DNA of 64,000 nucleotides from NCBI GenBank assembly GCA_964016885.1, contig CAXHJY010000161.1, positions 233,001-297,000 of the forward strand, read 5' to 3'. The notes below the pieces were generated by a model, which searched no databases, was not told the origin of the DNA, and was given only the letters and a program-made list of their open reading frames with translations. Position 1 is the stretch's first letter. Each line of letters starts with the position of its first letter. The position numbers were made by a program, and so were the translations under genes. Source of the DNA: Eledone cirrhosa. Lineage: Eukaryota. This document shows, in pieces, positions 14,901 to 30,100 of this stretch.

Positions 14901-17184
14901 GGCACTGACACAGAAAACAGCAACAACTACAACAACACTGGCACTGACAGAGAAAACAGCAACAACTACAACAACACTGGCACTGACAGAGAAAACAGCA
15001 ACAAAAACAACACTGGCACTGACACAGAAAACAGCAACAATTACAACAACACTGGCACTGACAGAGAAACCAGCAACAACTACAACAACACTGGCACAGA
15101 CAGAGAAAACAGCAACAACTACAACAACACTGGCACTGACAGAGAAAACAGCAACAACGACAACACTGGCACTGACACAGAAAACAGCAACAACTACAAC
15201 AACACTGACACTGACAGTGAAAATAGCAACAACAACACTGGCACTGACACAGAAAACAGCAACAACAACAACACTGGCACTGACACAGAAAACAGCAACA
15301 ACAGCAACAACAGTGGCACTGACACAGAAAACAGCAACAATTACAACAACACTGGTACTGACAGAGAAAACATCAACAACAAAAACACTGGCACTGACAC
15401 AGAAAACAGCAACAACTACAACAACACTGGCACTGACAGAGAAAACAGCAACAACTACAACAACACTGGCACTGACAGAGAAAACAGCAACAACTACAAC
15501 AACACTGGCACTGACACAGAAAACAGCAACAACTACAACAACACTGGCACTGACACAGAAAACAGCAACAACAACACTGGCACTGACAGAGAAAACAGCA
15601 ACAACAACACTGGCACTGACAGAGAAAACAGCAACAACGACAACACTGGCACAGACACAGAAAACAGCAACAACAACAGTGGCACTGACACAGAAAACAG
15701 CAACAACTACAACAACACTGGCACTGACAGAGAAAACAGCAACAACAACAACACTGGCACTGACACAGAAAACAGAAACAACTACAACAACATTGGCACT
15801 GACAGAGAAAGCAGCAACAACTACAACAACACTGGCACTGACAGAGAAAACAGCAACAGCAACCATACTGGCACTGACACAGAAAACAGCAACAACTACA
15901 ACAACACTGGCACTAACACAGAAAACAGCAACAACTACAACATCACTGGCACTGACAGAGAAAACAGCAACAGCAACAACACTGGCACTGACAGTGAAGA
16001 TAGCAACAACACCAACACTGGCACTGACACAGAAAACAGCAACAACAACAACACTGGCACTGACACAGAAAACAGCAACAACTACAACAACACTGGCATT
16101 GACAGAGAAAACAGCAACAACAACAACACTGGCACTGACAGTGAAAATAGCAACAACAACACTGGCACTGACAGAGAAAACAGCAACAACAACAACAACA
16201 CTGGCACTGACACAGAAAACAGCAACAACTACAACACTGGCACTGACAGAGAAAACAGCAACAACAACAACACTGGCACTGACAAAGAAAACAGCAACAA
16301 CTACAACAACACTGGCACTGACACAGAAAACAGCAACAACTACAACAAAACTGGCACTGACAGAGAAAACAGCAACAACTACAACAACACTGGCACTGAC
16401 AGAGAAAACAGCAACAACACTGGCACTGACACAGAAAACAGCAACAACACTGGCACTGACACAGAAAACAGCAGCAACAAAAACACTGGCACTGACAGAG
16501 AAAACAGCAACAACAACAACACTGGCACTGACAGAGAAAACAGCAACAACAACAACACCGGCACTGACACAGAAAACAGCAACAACTACAACAACACTGG
16601 CACTGACAGAGAAAACAGCAACAATTACAACAACACTGGCACTGACAGAGAAAACAGCAACAACAACAACACTGGCACTGACACAGAAAACAGCAACAAC
16701 TACAACACTGGCACTGACAGAGAAAACAGCAACAACTACAACAACACTGCCACTGACAGAGAAAACAGCAACAGCAACAACACTGGCACTGACACAGAAA
16801 ACAGCAACAACAGCAACAACAACACTGGCACTGACACAGAAAACAGCAACAACAACACTGGCACTGACACAGAAAACAGCAACAACTACAACAACACTGG
16901 CACTGACAGAGAAAACAGCAACAACTACAACAACACTGGCACTGACACAGAAAACAGCAACAACTACAACAACACTGGCACTGACAGAGAAAACAGCAAC
17001 AACAACACTGGCACTGACACAGAAAACAGCAACAACTACAACAACACTGGCACTGACACAGTCAACAGCAACAACTACAACAACACTGGCACTGACAGAG
17101 AAAACAGCAACAACTACAACACTGGCACTGACACAGAAAACAGCAACAACTACAACAACACTGGCACTGACACAGAAAACAGCA

Positions 17185-20100
17185 ACAACTAAAACAACAC
17201 CGGCACTGACACAGGAAACAGCAACAACTACAACAACACTGGCACGGAAAACAGCAACAACAGCAACAACAACACTGGCACTGACAGAGAAAACAGCAAC
17301 AACAGCAACAACAACCGTGGCACTGACACAGAAAACAGCAACAACAGCAACAATAACACTGGCACTGGCACAGAAAACAGCAACAGCAATACTGGAACTG
17401 ACACAGAAAACAGCAACAGTAACAACAACAACACTGGCACTGACACAGAAAACAGCAACAACAACAACACTGGCACTGACAAAGAAAACAGCAACAACAA
17501 CAACACTGGCACTGACAGTGAAAATAGCAACAGCAACAACACTGGCACTGACAGAGAAAACAGCAACAACAACAACACTGGCACTGACACAGAAAACAGC
17601 AACAACAACAACACTGGCACTGACACAGAAAACAGCAACAACAACAACACTGGCACTGACAGAGAAAACAGCAACAACTACAACACTGACACTGACAGAG
17701 AAAGCAGCAACAACAACAACACTGTCACTGACAGAGAAAACAGCAACAACTACAACAACACTGGCACTGACAGAGAAAACAGCAACAACTACAACACTGG
17801 CCCTGACAGAGAAAACATCAACAACAACACTGGCACTGACAAAGAAAACAGCAACAACTACAACAACACTGGCACTGACACAGAAAACAGCAACAACTAC
17901 AACAAAACTGGCACTGACAGAGAAAACAGCAACAACTACAACAACACTGGCACTGACAGAGAAAACAGCAACAACAACACTGGCACTGACACAGAAAACA
18001 GCAACAACTACAACAACACTGGCACTGACAGAGAAAACAGCAACAACTACAACAACACTGGCACTGACACAGAAAACAGCAACAACTACAACAACACTGG
18101 CACTGACAGAGAAAACAGCAACAACAACAACACTGGCACTGACACAGAAAACAGCAACAACTACAACAACACTGGCACTGACAGAGAAAACAGCAACAAC
18201 TACAACAACACTGGCACTGACAGAGAAAACAGCAACAACTACAACAACACTGGCACTGACAGAGAAAACAGCAACAACTACAACAACACTGGCACTGACA
18301 CAGAAAACAGCAACAACTACAACAACACTGGCACTGACAGAGAAAACAGCAACAACAACAACACTGGCACTGACACAGAAAACAGCAACAACTACAACAA
18401 CACTGGCACTGACAGAGAAAACAGCAACAACTACAACAACACTGGCACTGACAGAGAAAACAGCAACAACTACAACAACACTGGCACTGACACTGAAAAA
18501 AGCAACAACTACAACAACACTGGCACTGACACAGAAAACAGCAACAACTACAACAACACTGGCACTGACACAGAAAACAGCAACAACAGCACTGGCACTG
18601 ACACAGAAAACAGCAGCAACAAAAACACTGGCACTGACAGAGAAAACAGCAACAACAACAACACTGGCACTGACAGAGAAAACAGCAACAACAACAACAC
18701 CGGCACTGACACAGAAAACAGCAACAACTACAACAACACTGGCACTGACAGAGAAAACAGCAACAATTACAACAACACTGGCACTGACAGAGAAAACAGC
18801 AACAACAACAACACTGGCACTGACACAGAAAACAGCAACAACTACAACACTGGCACTGACAGAGAAAACAGCAACAACTACAACAACACTGGCACTGACA
18901 GAGAAAACAGCAACAACAACACTGGCACTGACACAGAAAACAGCAACAACTACAACAACACTGGCACTGACAGAGAAAACAGCAACAACAACAACACTGG
19001 CACTGACAAAGAAAACAGCAACAACTACAACAACACTGGCACTGACACAGAAAACAGCAACAACTACAACAAAACTGGCACTGACAGAGAAAACAGCAAC
19101 AACTACAACAACACTGGCACTGACAGAGAAAACAGCAACAACAACACTGGCACTGACACAGAAAACAGCAACAACTACAACAACACTGGCACTGACAGAG
19201 AAAACAGCAACAACTACAACAACACTGGCACAGACACAGAAAACAGCAACAACTACAACAACACTGGCACTGACAGAGAAAACAGCAACAACAACAACAC
19301 TGGCACTGACACAGAAAACAGCAACAACTACAACAACAGTGGCACTGACAGAGAAAACAGCAACAACTACAACAACACTGGCACTGACAGAGAAAACAGC
19401 AACAACTACAACAACACTGGCACTGACAGAGAAAACAGCAACATCAACAACACTGGCACTGACACAGAAAACAGTAACAACTACAACAACACTGGCACTA
19501 ACACAGAAAACAGCAACAACTACAACATCACTGGCACTGACAGAGAAAACAGCAACAGCAACAACACTTGCACTGACAGTGAAAATAGCAACAACAACAA
19601 CACTGGCACTGACACAGAAAACAGCAACAACAACAACACAGGCACTGACACAGAAAACAGCAACAACTACAACAACACTGGCACTGACAGAGAAAACAGC
19701 AACAACTACAACACTGGCACTGACAGAGAAAACAGCAACAACAACAACAACACTGACACTGACAGAGAAAACAGCAACAACTACAACAACACTGGCACTG
19801 ACACAGAAAACAGCAACAACTACAACAACACTGGCACTGACAGAGAAAAAAGCAACAACTACAACAACACTGGCACTGACAGAGAAAACAGCAACAAAAA
19901 CAACACTGGCACTGACACAGAAAACAGCAACAATTACAACAACACTGGCACTGACAGAGAAACCAGCAACAACTACAACAACACTGGCACAGACAGAGAA
20001 AACAGCAACAACTACAACAACACTGGCACTGACAGAGAAAACAGCAACAACGACAACACTGGCACTGACACAGAAAACAGCAACAACTACAACAACACTG

Positions 20101-23100
20101 ACACTGACAGTGAAAATAGCAACAACAACACTGGCACTGACACAGAAAACAGCAACAACAACAACACTGGCACTGACACAGAAAACAGCAACAACAGCAA
20201 CAACAGTGGCACTGACAGAGAAAACAGCAACAACAACAACACTGGCACTGACACAGAAAACAGCAACAACTACAACAACACTGGCACTGACAGAGAAAAC
20301 AGCAACAACTACAACAACACTGGCACTGACAGAGAAAACAGCAACAACTACAACAACACTGGCACTGACAGAGAAAACAGCAACAACTACAACAACACTG
20401 GCACTGACACAGAAAACAGCAACAACTACAACAACACTGGCACTGACAGAGAAAACAGCAACAACAACAACACTGGCACTGACACAGAAAACAGCAACAA
20501 CTACAACAACACTGGCACTGACAGAGAAAACAGCAACAACTACAACAACACTGGCACTGACAGAGAAAACAGCAACAACTACAACAACACTGGCACTGAC
20601 ACTGAAAAAAGCAACAACTACAACAACACTGGCACTGACACAGAAAACAGCAACAACTACAACAACACTGGCACTGACACAGAAAACAGCAACAACACTG
20701 GCACTGACACAGAAAACAGCAGCAACAAAAACACTGGCACTGACAGAGAAAACAGCAACAACAACAACACTGGCACTGACAGAGAAAACAGCAACAACAA
20801 CAACACCGGCACTGACACAGAAAACAGCAACAACTACAACAACACTGGCACTGACAGAGAAAACAGCAACAATTACAACAACACTGGCACTGACAGAGAA
20901 AACAGCAACAACAACAACACTGGCACTGACACAGAAAACAGCAACAACTACAACACTGGCACTGACAGAGAAAACAGCAACAACTACAACAACACTGGCA
21001 CTGACAGAGAAAACAGCAACAACAACACTGGCACTGACACAGAAAACAGCAACAACTACAACAACACTGGCACTGACAGAGAAAACAGCAACAACAACAA
21101 CACTGGCACTGACAAAGAAAACAGCAACAACTACAACAACACTGGCACTGACACAGAAAACAGCAACAACTACAACAAAACTGGCACTGACAGAGAAAAC
21201 AGCAACAACTACAACAACACTGGCACTGACAGAGAAAACAGCAACAACAACACTGGCACTGACACAGAAAACAGCAACAACTACAACAACACTGGCACTG
21301 ACAGAGAAAACAGCAACAACTACAACAACACTGGCACAGACACAGAAAACAGCAACAACTACAACAACACTGGCACTGACAGAGAAAACAGCAACAACAA
21401 CAACACTGGCACTGACACAGAAAACAGCAACAACTACAACAACACTGGCACTGACAGAGAAAACAGCAACAACTACAACAACACTGGCACTGACAGAGAA
21501 AACAGCAACAACTACAACAACACTGGCACTGACAGAGAAAACAGCAACATCAACAACACTGGCACTGACACAGAAAACAGTAACAACTACAACAACACTG
21601 GCACTAACACAGAAAACAGCAACAACTACAACATCACTGGCACTGACAGAGAAAACAGCAACAGCAACAACACTGGCACTGACAGTGAAAATAGCAACAA
21701 CAACAACACTGGCACTGACACAGAAAACAGCAACAACAACAACACAGGCACTGACACAGAAAACAGCAACAACTACAACAACACTGGCACTGACAGAGAA
21801 AACAGCAACAACTACAACACTGGCACTGACAGAGAAAACAGCAACAACAACAACAACACTGACACTGACAGAGAAAACAGCAACAACTACAACAACACTG
21901 GCACTGACACAGAAAACAGCAACAACTACAACAACACTGGCACTGACAGAGAAAACAGCAACAACTACAACAACACTGGCACTGACAGAGAAAACAGCAA
22001 CAAAAACAACACTGGCACTGACACAGAAAACAGCAACAATTACAACAACACTGGCACTGACAGAGAAACCAGCAACAACTACAACAACACTGGCACAGAC
22101 AGAGAAAACAGCAACAACTACAACAACACTGGCACTGACAGAGAAAACAGCAACAACGACAACACTGGCACTGACACAGAAAACATCAACAACTAAAACA
22201 ACACCGGCACTGACACAGGAAACAGCAACAACTACAACAACACTGGCACGGAAAACAGCAACAACAGCAACAACAACACTGGCACAGACACAGAAAACAG
22301 CAACAACAGCAACAACAACCGTGGCACTGACACAGAAAACAGCAACAACAGCAACAATAACACTGGCACTGGCACAGAAAACAGCAACAGCAATACTGGA
22401 ACTGACACAGAAAACAGCAACAGTAACAACAACAACACTGGCACTGACACAGAAAACAGCAACAACAACAACACTGGCACTGACACAGAAAACAGCAACA
22501 ACAACAACACTGGCACTGACAGTGAAAATAGCAACAGCAACAACACTGGCACTGACAGAGAAAACAGCAACAACAACAACACTGGCACTGACACAGAAAA
22601 CAGCAACAACAACAACACTGGCACTGACACAGAAAACAGCAACAACAACAACACTGGCACTGACAGAGAAAACAGCAACAACTACAACACTGACACTGAC
22701 AGAGAAAGCAGCAACAACAACAACACTGTCACTGACAGAGAAAACAGCAACAACTACAACAACACTGGCACTGACAGAGAAAACAGCAACAACTACAACA
22801 CTGGCCCTGACAGAGAAAACATCAACAACAACACTGGCACTGACAAAGAAAACAGCAACAACTACAACAACACTGGCACTGACACAGAAAACAGCAACAA
22901 CTACAACAAAACTGGCACTGACAGAGAAAACAGCAACAACTACAACAACACTGGCACTGACAGAGAAAACAGCAACAACAACACTGGCACTGACACAGAA
23001 AACAGCAACAACTACAACAACACTGGCACTGACAGAGAAAACAGCAACAACTACAACAACACTGGCACTGACACAGAAAACAGCAACAACTACAACAACA

Positions 23101-26100
23101 CTGGCACTGACAGAGAAAACAGCAACAACAACAACACTGGCACTGACACAGAAAACAGCAACAACTACAACAACACTGGCACTGACAGAGAAAACAGCAA
23201 CAACTACAACAACACTGGCACTGACAGAGAAAACAGCAACAACTACAACAACACTGGCACTGACAGAGAAAACAGCAACAACTACAACAACACTGGCACT
23301 GACACAGAAAACAGCAACAACTACAACAACACTGGCACTGACAGAGAAAACAGCAACAACAACAACACTGGCACTGACACAGAAAACAGCAACAACTACA
23401 ACAACACTGGCACTGACAGAGAAAACAGCAACAACTACAACAACACTGGCACTGACAGAGAAAACAGCAACAACTACAACAACACTGGCACTGACACTGA
23501 AAAAAGCAACAACTACAACAACACTGGCACTGACACAGAAAACAGCAACAACTACAACAACACTGGCACTGACACAGAAAACAGCAACAACAGCACTGGC
23601 ACTGACACAGAAAACAGCAGCAACAAAAACACTGGCACTGACAGAGAAAACAGCAACAACAACAACACTGGCACTGACAGAGAAAACAGCAACAACAACA
23701 ACACCGGCACTGACACAGAAAACAGCAACAACTACAACAACACTGGCACTGACAGAGAAAACAGCAACAATTACAACAACACTGGCACTGACAGAGAAAA
23801 CAGCAACAACAACAACACTGGCACTGACACAGAAAACAGCAACAACTACAACACTGGCACTGACAGAGAAAACAGCAACAACTACAACAACACTGGCACT
23901 GACAGAGAAAACAGCAACAACAACACTGGCACTGACACAGAAAACAGCAACAACTACAACAACACTGGCACTGACAGAGAAAACAGCAACAACAACAACA
24001 CTGGCACTGACAAAGAAAACAGCAACAACTACAACAACACTGGCACTGACACAGAAAACAGCAACAACTACAACAAAACTGGCACTGACAGAGAAAACAG
24101 CAACAACTACAACAACACTGGCACTGACAGAGAAAACAGCAACAACAACACTGGCACTGACACAGAAAACAGCAACAACTACAACAACACTGGCACTGAC
24201 AGAGAAAACAGCAACAACTACAACAACACTGGCACAGACACAGAAAACAGCAACAACTACAACAACACTGGCACTGACAGAGAAAACAGCAACAACAACA
24301 ACACTGGCACTGACACAGAAAACAGCAACAACTACAACAACAGTGGCACTGACAGAGAAAACAGCAACAACTACAACAACACTGGCACTGACAGAGAAAA
24401 CAGCAACAACTACAACAACACTGGCACTGACAGAGAAAACAGCAACATCAACAACACTGGCACTGACACAGAAAACAGTAACAACTACAACAACACTGGC
24501 ACTAACACAGAAAACAGCAACAACTACAACATCACTGGCACTGACAGAGAAAACAGCAACAGCAACAACACTGGCACTGACAGTGAAAATAGCAACAACA
24601 ACAACACTGGCACTGACACAGAAAACAGCAACAACAACAACACAGGCACTGACACAGAAAACAGCAACAACTACAACAACACTGGCACTGACAGAGAAAA
24701 CAGCAACAACTACAACACTGGCACTGACAGAGAAAACAGCAACAACAACAACAACACTGACACTGACAGAGAAAACAGCAACAACTACAACAACACTGGC
24801 ACTGACACAGAAAACAGCAACAACTACAACAACACTGGCACTGACAGAGAAAACAGCAACAACTACAACAACACTGGCACTGACAGAGAAAACAGCAACA
24901 AAAACAACACTGGCACTGACACAGAAAACAGCAACAATTACAACAACACTGGCACTGACAGAGAAACCAGCAACAACTACAACAACACTGGCACAGACAG
25001 AGAAAACAGCAACAACTACAACAACACTGGCACTGACAGAGAAAACAGCAACAACGACAACACTGGCACTGACACAGAAAACAGCAACAACTACAACAAC
25101 ACTGACACTGACAGTGAAAATAGCAACAACAACACTGGCACTGACACAGAAAACAGCAACAACAACAACACTGGCACTGACACAGAAAACAGCAACAACA
25201 GCAACAACAGTGGCACTGACAGAGAAAACAGCAACAACAACAACACTGGCACTGACACAGAAAACAGCAACAACTACAACAACACTGGCACTGACAGAGA
25301 AAACAGCAACAACTACAACAACACTGGCACTGACAGAGAAAACAGCAACAACTACAACAACACTGGCACTGACAGAGAAAACAGCAACAACTACAACAAC
25401 ACTGGCACTGACACAGAAAACAGCAACAACTACAACAACACTGGCACTGACAGAGAAAACAGCAACAACAACAACACTGGCACTGACACAGAAAACAGCA
25501 ACAACTACAACAACACTGGCACTGACAGAGAAAACAGCAACAACTACAACAACACTGGCACTGACAGAGAAAACAGCAACAACTACAACAACACTGGCAC
25601 TGACACTGAAAAAAGCAACAACTACAACAACACTGGCACTGACACAGAAAACAGCAACAACTACAACAACACTGGCACTGACACAGAAAACAGCAACAAC
25701 ACTGGCACTGACACAGAAAACAGCAGCAACAAAAACACTGGCACTGACAGAGAAAACAGCAACAACAACAACACTGGCACTGACAGAGAAAACAGCAACA
25801 ACAACAACACCGGCACTGACACAGAAAACAGCAACAACTACAACAACACTGGCACTGACAGAGAAAACAGCAACAATTACAACAACACTGGCACTGACAG
25901 AGAAAACAGCAACAACAACAACACTGGCACTGACACAGAAAACAGCAACAACTACAACACTGGCACTGACAGAGAAAACAGCAACAACTACAACAACACT
26001 GGCACTGACAGAGAAAACAGCAACAACAACACTGGCACTGACACAGAAAACAGCAACAACTACAACAACACTGGCACTGACAGAGAAAACAGCAACAACA

Positions 26101-27192
26101 ACAACACTGGCACTGACAAAGAAAACAGCAACAACTACAACAACACTGGCACTGACACAGAAAACAGCAACAACTACAACAAAACTGGCACTGACAGAGA
26201 AAACAGCAACAACTACAACAACACTGGCACTGACAGAGAAAACAGCAACAACAACACTGGCACTGACACAGAAAACAGCAACAACTACAACAACACTGGC
26301 ACTGACAGAGAAAACAGCAACAACTACAACAACACTGGCACAGACACAGAAAACAGCAACAACTACAACAACACTGGCACTGACAGAGAAAACAGCAACA
26401 ACAACAACACTGGCACTGACACAGAAAACAGCAACAACTACAACAACACTGGCACTGACAGAGAAAACAGCAACAACTACAACAACACTGGCACTGACAG
26501 AGAAAACAGCAACAACTACAACAACACTGGCACTGACAGAGAAAACAGCAACATCAACAACACTGGCACTGACACAGAAAGCAGTAACAACTACAACAAC
26601 ACTGGCACTAACACAGAAAACAGCAACAAATACAACATCACTGGCACTGACAGAGAAAACAGCAACAGCAACAACACTGGCACTGACAGTGAAAATAGCA
26701 ACAACAACAACACTGGCACTGACACAGAAAACAGCAACAACAACAACACAGGCACTGACACAGAAAACAGCAACAACTACAACAACACTGGCACTGACAG
26801 AGAAAACAGCAACAACTACAACACTGGCACTGACAGAGAAAACAGCAACAACAACAACAACACTGACACTGACAGAGAAAACAGCAACAACTACAACAAC
26901 ACTGGCACTGACACAGAAAACAGCAACAACTACAACAACACTGGCACTGACAGAGAAAACAGCAACAACTACAACAACACTGGCACTGACAGAGAAAACA
27001 GCAACAAAAACAACACTGGCACTGACACAGAAAACAGCAACAATTACAACAACACTGGCACTGACAGAGAAACCAGCAACAACTACAACAACACTGGCAC
27101 AGACAGAGAAAACAGCAACAACTACAACAACACTGGCACTGACAGAGAAAACAGCAACAACGACAACACTGGCACTGACACAGAAAACAGCA
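17185..27192. repeat. Near-perfect 5,004-bp tandem duplication
   Basis: Markers recur at exactly +5004: ACT-AAA-ACA (AAA at 17191/22195) and CAGGAAACA 17212/22216. ORF-track pairs 17228/22232 and 20087/25091 agree. A few private differences exist, e.g. CTT at 19567 vs CTG at 24571, and AAA at 19849 vs ACA at 24853. Confidence 0.92.
18100..22185. repeat. 2,106-bp tandem duplication nested inside the 5,004-bp unit (boundaries approximate)
   Basis: GCA-CAG-ACA (CAG at 19231/21337), ACA-TCA (TCA at 19444/21550) and AACCAGC at 19961/22067 are all offset by 2,106. Confidence 0.88.
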
Positions 27193-30100
27193 ACAACTAC
27201 AACAACACTGACACTGACAGTGAAAATAGCAACAACAACACTGGCACTGACACAGAAAACAGCAACAACAACAACACTGGCACTGACACAGAAAACAGCA
27301 ACAACAGCAACAACAGTGGCACTGACACAGAAAACAGCAACAATTACAACAACACTGGCACTGACAGAGAAAACATCAACAACAAAAACACTGGCACTGA
27401 CACAGAAAACAGCAACAACTACAACAACACTGGCACTGACAGAGAAAACAGCAACAACTACAACAACACTGGCACTGACAGAGAAAACAGCAACAACTAC
27501 AACAACACTGGCACTGACACAGAAAACAGCAACAACTACAACAACACTGGCACTGACACAGAAAACAGCAACAACAACACTGGCACTGACAGAGAAAACA
27601 GCAACAACAACACTGGCACTGACAGAGAAAACAGCAACAACGACAACACTGGCACAGACACAGAAAACAGCAACAACAACAGTGGCACTGACACAGAAAA
27701 CAGCAACAACTACAACAAAACTGGCACTGACAGAGAAAACAGCAACAACAACAACACTGGCACTGACACAGAAAACAGAAACAACTACAACAACATTGGC
27801 ACTGACAGAGAAAGCAGCAACAACTACAACAACACTGGCACTGACAGAGAAAACAGCAACAGCAACCATACTGGCACTGACACAGAAAACAGCAACAACT
27901 ACAACAACACTGGCACTAACACAGAAAACAGCAACAACTACAACATCACTGGCACTGACAGAGAAAACAGCAACAGCAACAACACTGGCACTGACAGTGA
28001 AGATAGCAACAACACCAACACTGGCACTGACACAGAAAACAGCAACAACAACAACACTGGCACTGACACAGAAAACAGCAACAACTACAACAACACTGGC
28101 ATTGACAGAGAAAACAGCAACAACAACAACACTGGCACTGACAGTGAAAATAGCAACAACAACACTGGCACTGACAGAGAAAACAGCAACAACAACAACA
28201 ACACTGGCACTGACAGAGAAAACAGCAACAACTACAACACTGGCACTGACAGAGAAAACAGCAACAACAACAACACTGGCACTGACAAAGAAAACAGCAA
28301 CAACTACAACAACACTGGCACTGACACAGAAAACAGCAACAACTACAACAAAACTGGCACTGACAGAGAAAACAGCAACAACTACAACAACACTGGCACT
28401 GACAGAGAAAACAGCAACAACACTGGCACTGACACAGAAAACAGCAACAACACTGGCACTGACACAGAAAACAGCAGCAACAAAAACACTGGCACTGACA
28501 GAGAAAACAGCAACAACAACAACACTGGCACTGACAGAGAAAACAGCAACAACAACAACACCGGCACTGACACAGAAAACAGCAACAACTACAACAACAC
28601 TGGCACTGACAGAGAAAACAGCAACAATTACAACAACACTGGCACTGACAGAGAAAACAGCAACAACAACAACACTGGCACTGACACAGAAAACAGCAAC
28701 AACTACAACACTGGCACTGACAGAGAAAACAGCAACAACTACAACAACACTGCCACTGACAGAGAAAACAGCAACAGCAACAACACTGGCACTGACACAG
28801 AAAACAGCAACAACAGCAACAACAACACTGGCACTGACACAGAAAACAGCAACAACAACACTGGCACTGACACAGAAAACAGCAACAACTACAACAACAC
28901 TGGCACTGACAGAGAAAACAGCAACAACTACAACAACACTGGCACTGACACAGAAAACAGCAACAACTACAACAACACTGGCACTGACAGAGAAAACAGC
29001 AACAACTACAACACTGGCACTGACACAGAAAACAGCAACAACTACAACAACACTGGCACTGACACAGAAAACAGCAACAACTAAAACAACACCGGCACTG
29101 ACACAGGAAACAGCAACAACTACAACAACACTGGCACGGAAAACAGCAACAACAGCAACAACAACACTGGCACTGACACAGAAAACAGCAACAACAGCAA
29201 CAACAACCGTGGCACTGACACAGAAAACAGCAACAATAACACTGGCACTGGCACAGAAAACAGCAACAGCAATACTGGAACTGACACAGAAAACAGCAAC
29301 AGTAACAACAACAACACTGGCACTGACACAGAAAACAGCAACAACAACAACACTGGCACTGACACAGAAAACAGCAACAACAACAACACTGGCACTGACA
29401 GTGAAAATAGCAACAGCATCAACACTGGCACTGACAGAGAAAACAGCAACAACAACAACACTGGCACTGACACAGAAAACAGCAACAACAACAACACTGG
29501 CACTGACACAGAAAACAGCAACAACAACAACACTGGCACTGACAGAGAAAACAGCAACAACTACAACACAGACACTGACAGAGAAAGCAGCAACAACAAC
29601 AACACTGTCACTGACAGAGAAAACAGCAACAACTACAACAACACTGGCACTGACAGAGAAAACAGCAACAACTACAACACTGGCCCTGACAGAGAAAACA
29701 TCAACAACAACACTGGCACTGACAAAGAAAACAGCAACAACTACAACAACACTGGCACTGACACAGAAAACAGCAACAACTACAACAAAACTGGCACTGA
29801 CAGAGAAAACAGCAACAACTACAACAACACTGGCACTGACAGAGAAAACAGCAACAACAACACTGGCACTGACACAGAAAACAGCAACAACTACAACAAC
29901 ACTGGCACTGACAGAGAAAACAGCAACAACTACAACAACACTGGCACTGACACAGAAAACAGCAACAACTACAACAACACTGGCACTGACAGAGAAAACA
30001 GCAACAACAACAACACTGGCACTGACACAGAAAACAGCAACAACTACAACAACACTGGCACTGACAGAGAAAACAGCAACAACTACAACAACACTGGCAC
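26500..30100. repeat. Copy of about 14500-18200 at offset about 12.0 kb (boundaries approximate)
   Basis: ACCATACTG at 15862/27865 and GTGAAGATA at 15994/27997 are offset by 12,003. The offset drops to 11,892 (CTGGCACGG 17239/29131) after a 111-bp, three-monomer deletion near 28980. Confidence 0.87.
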
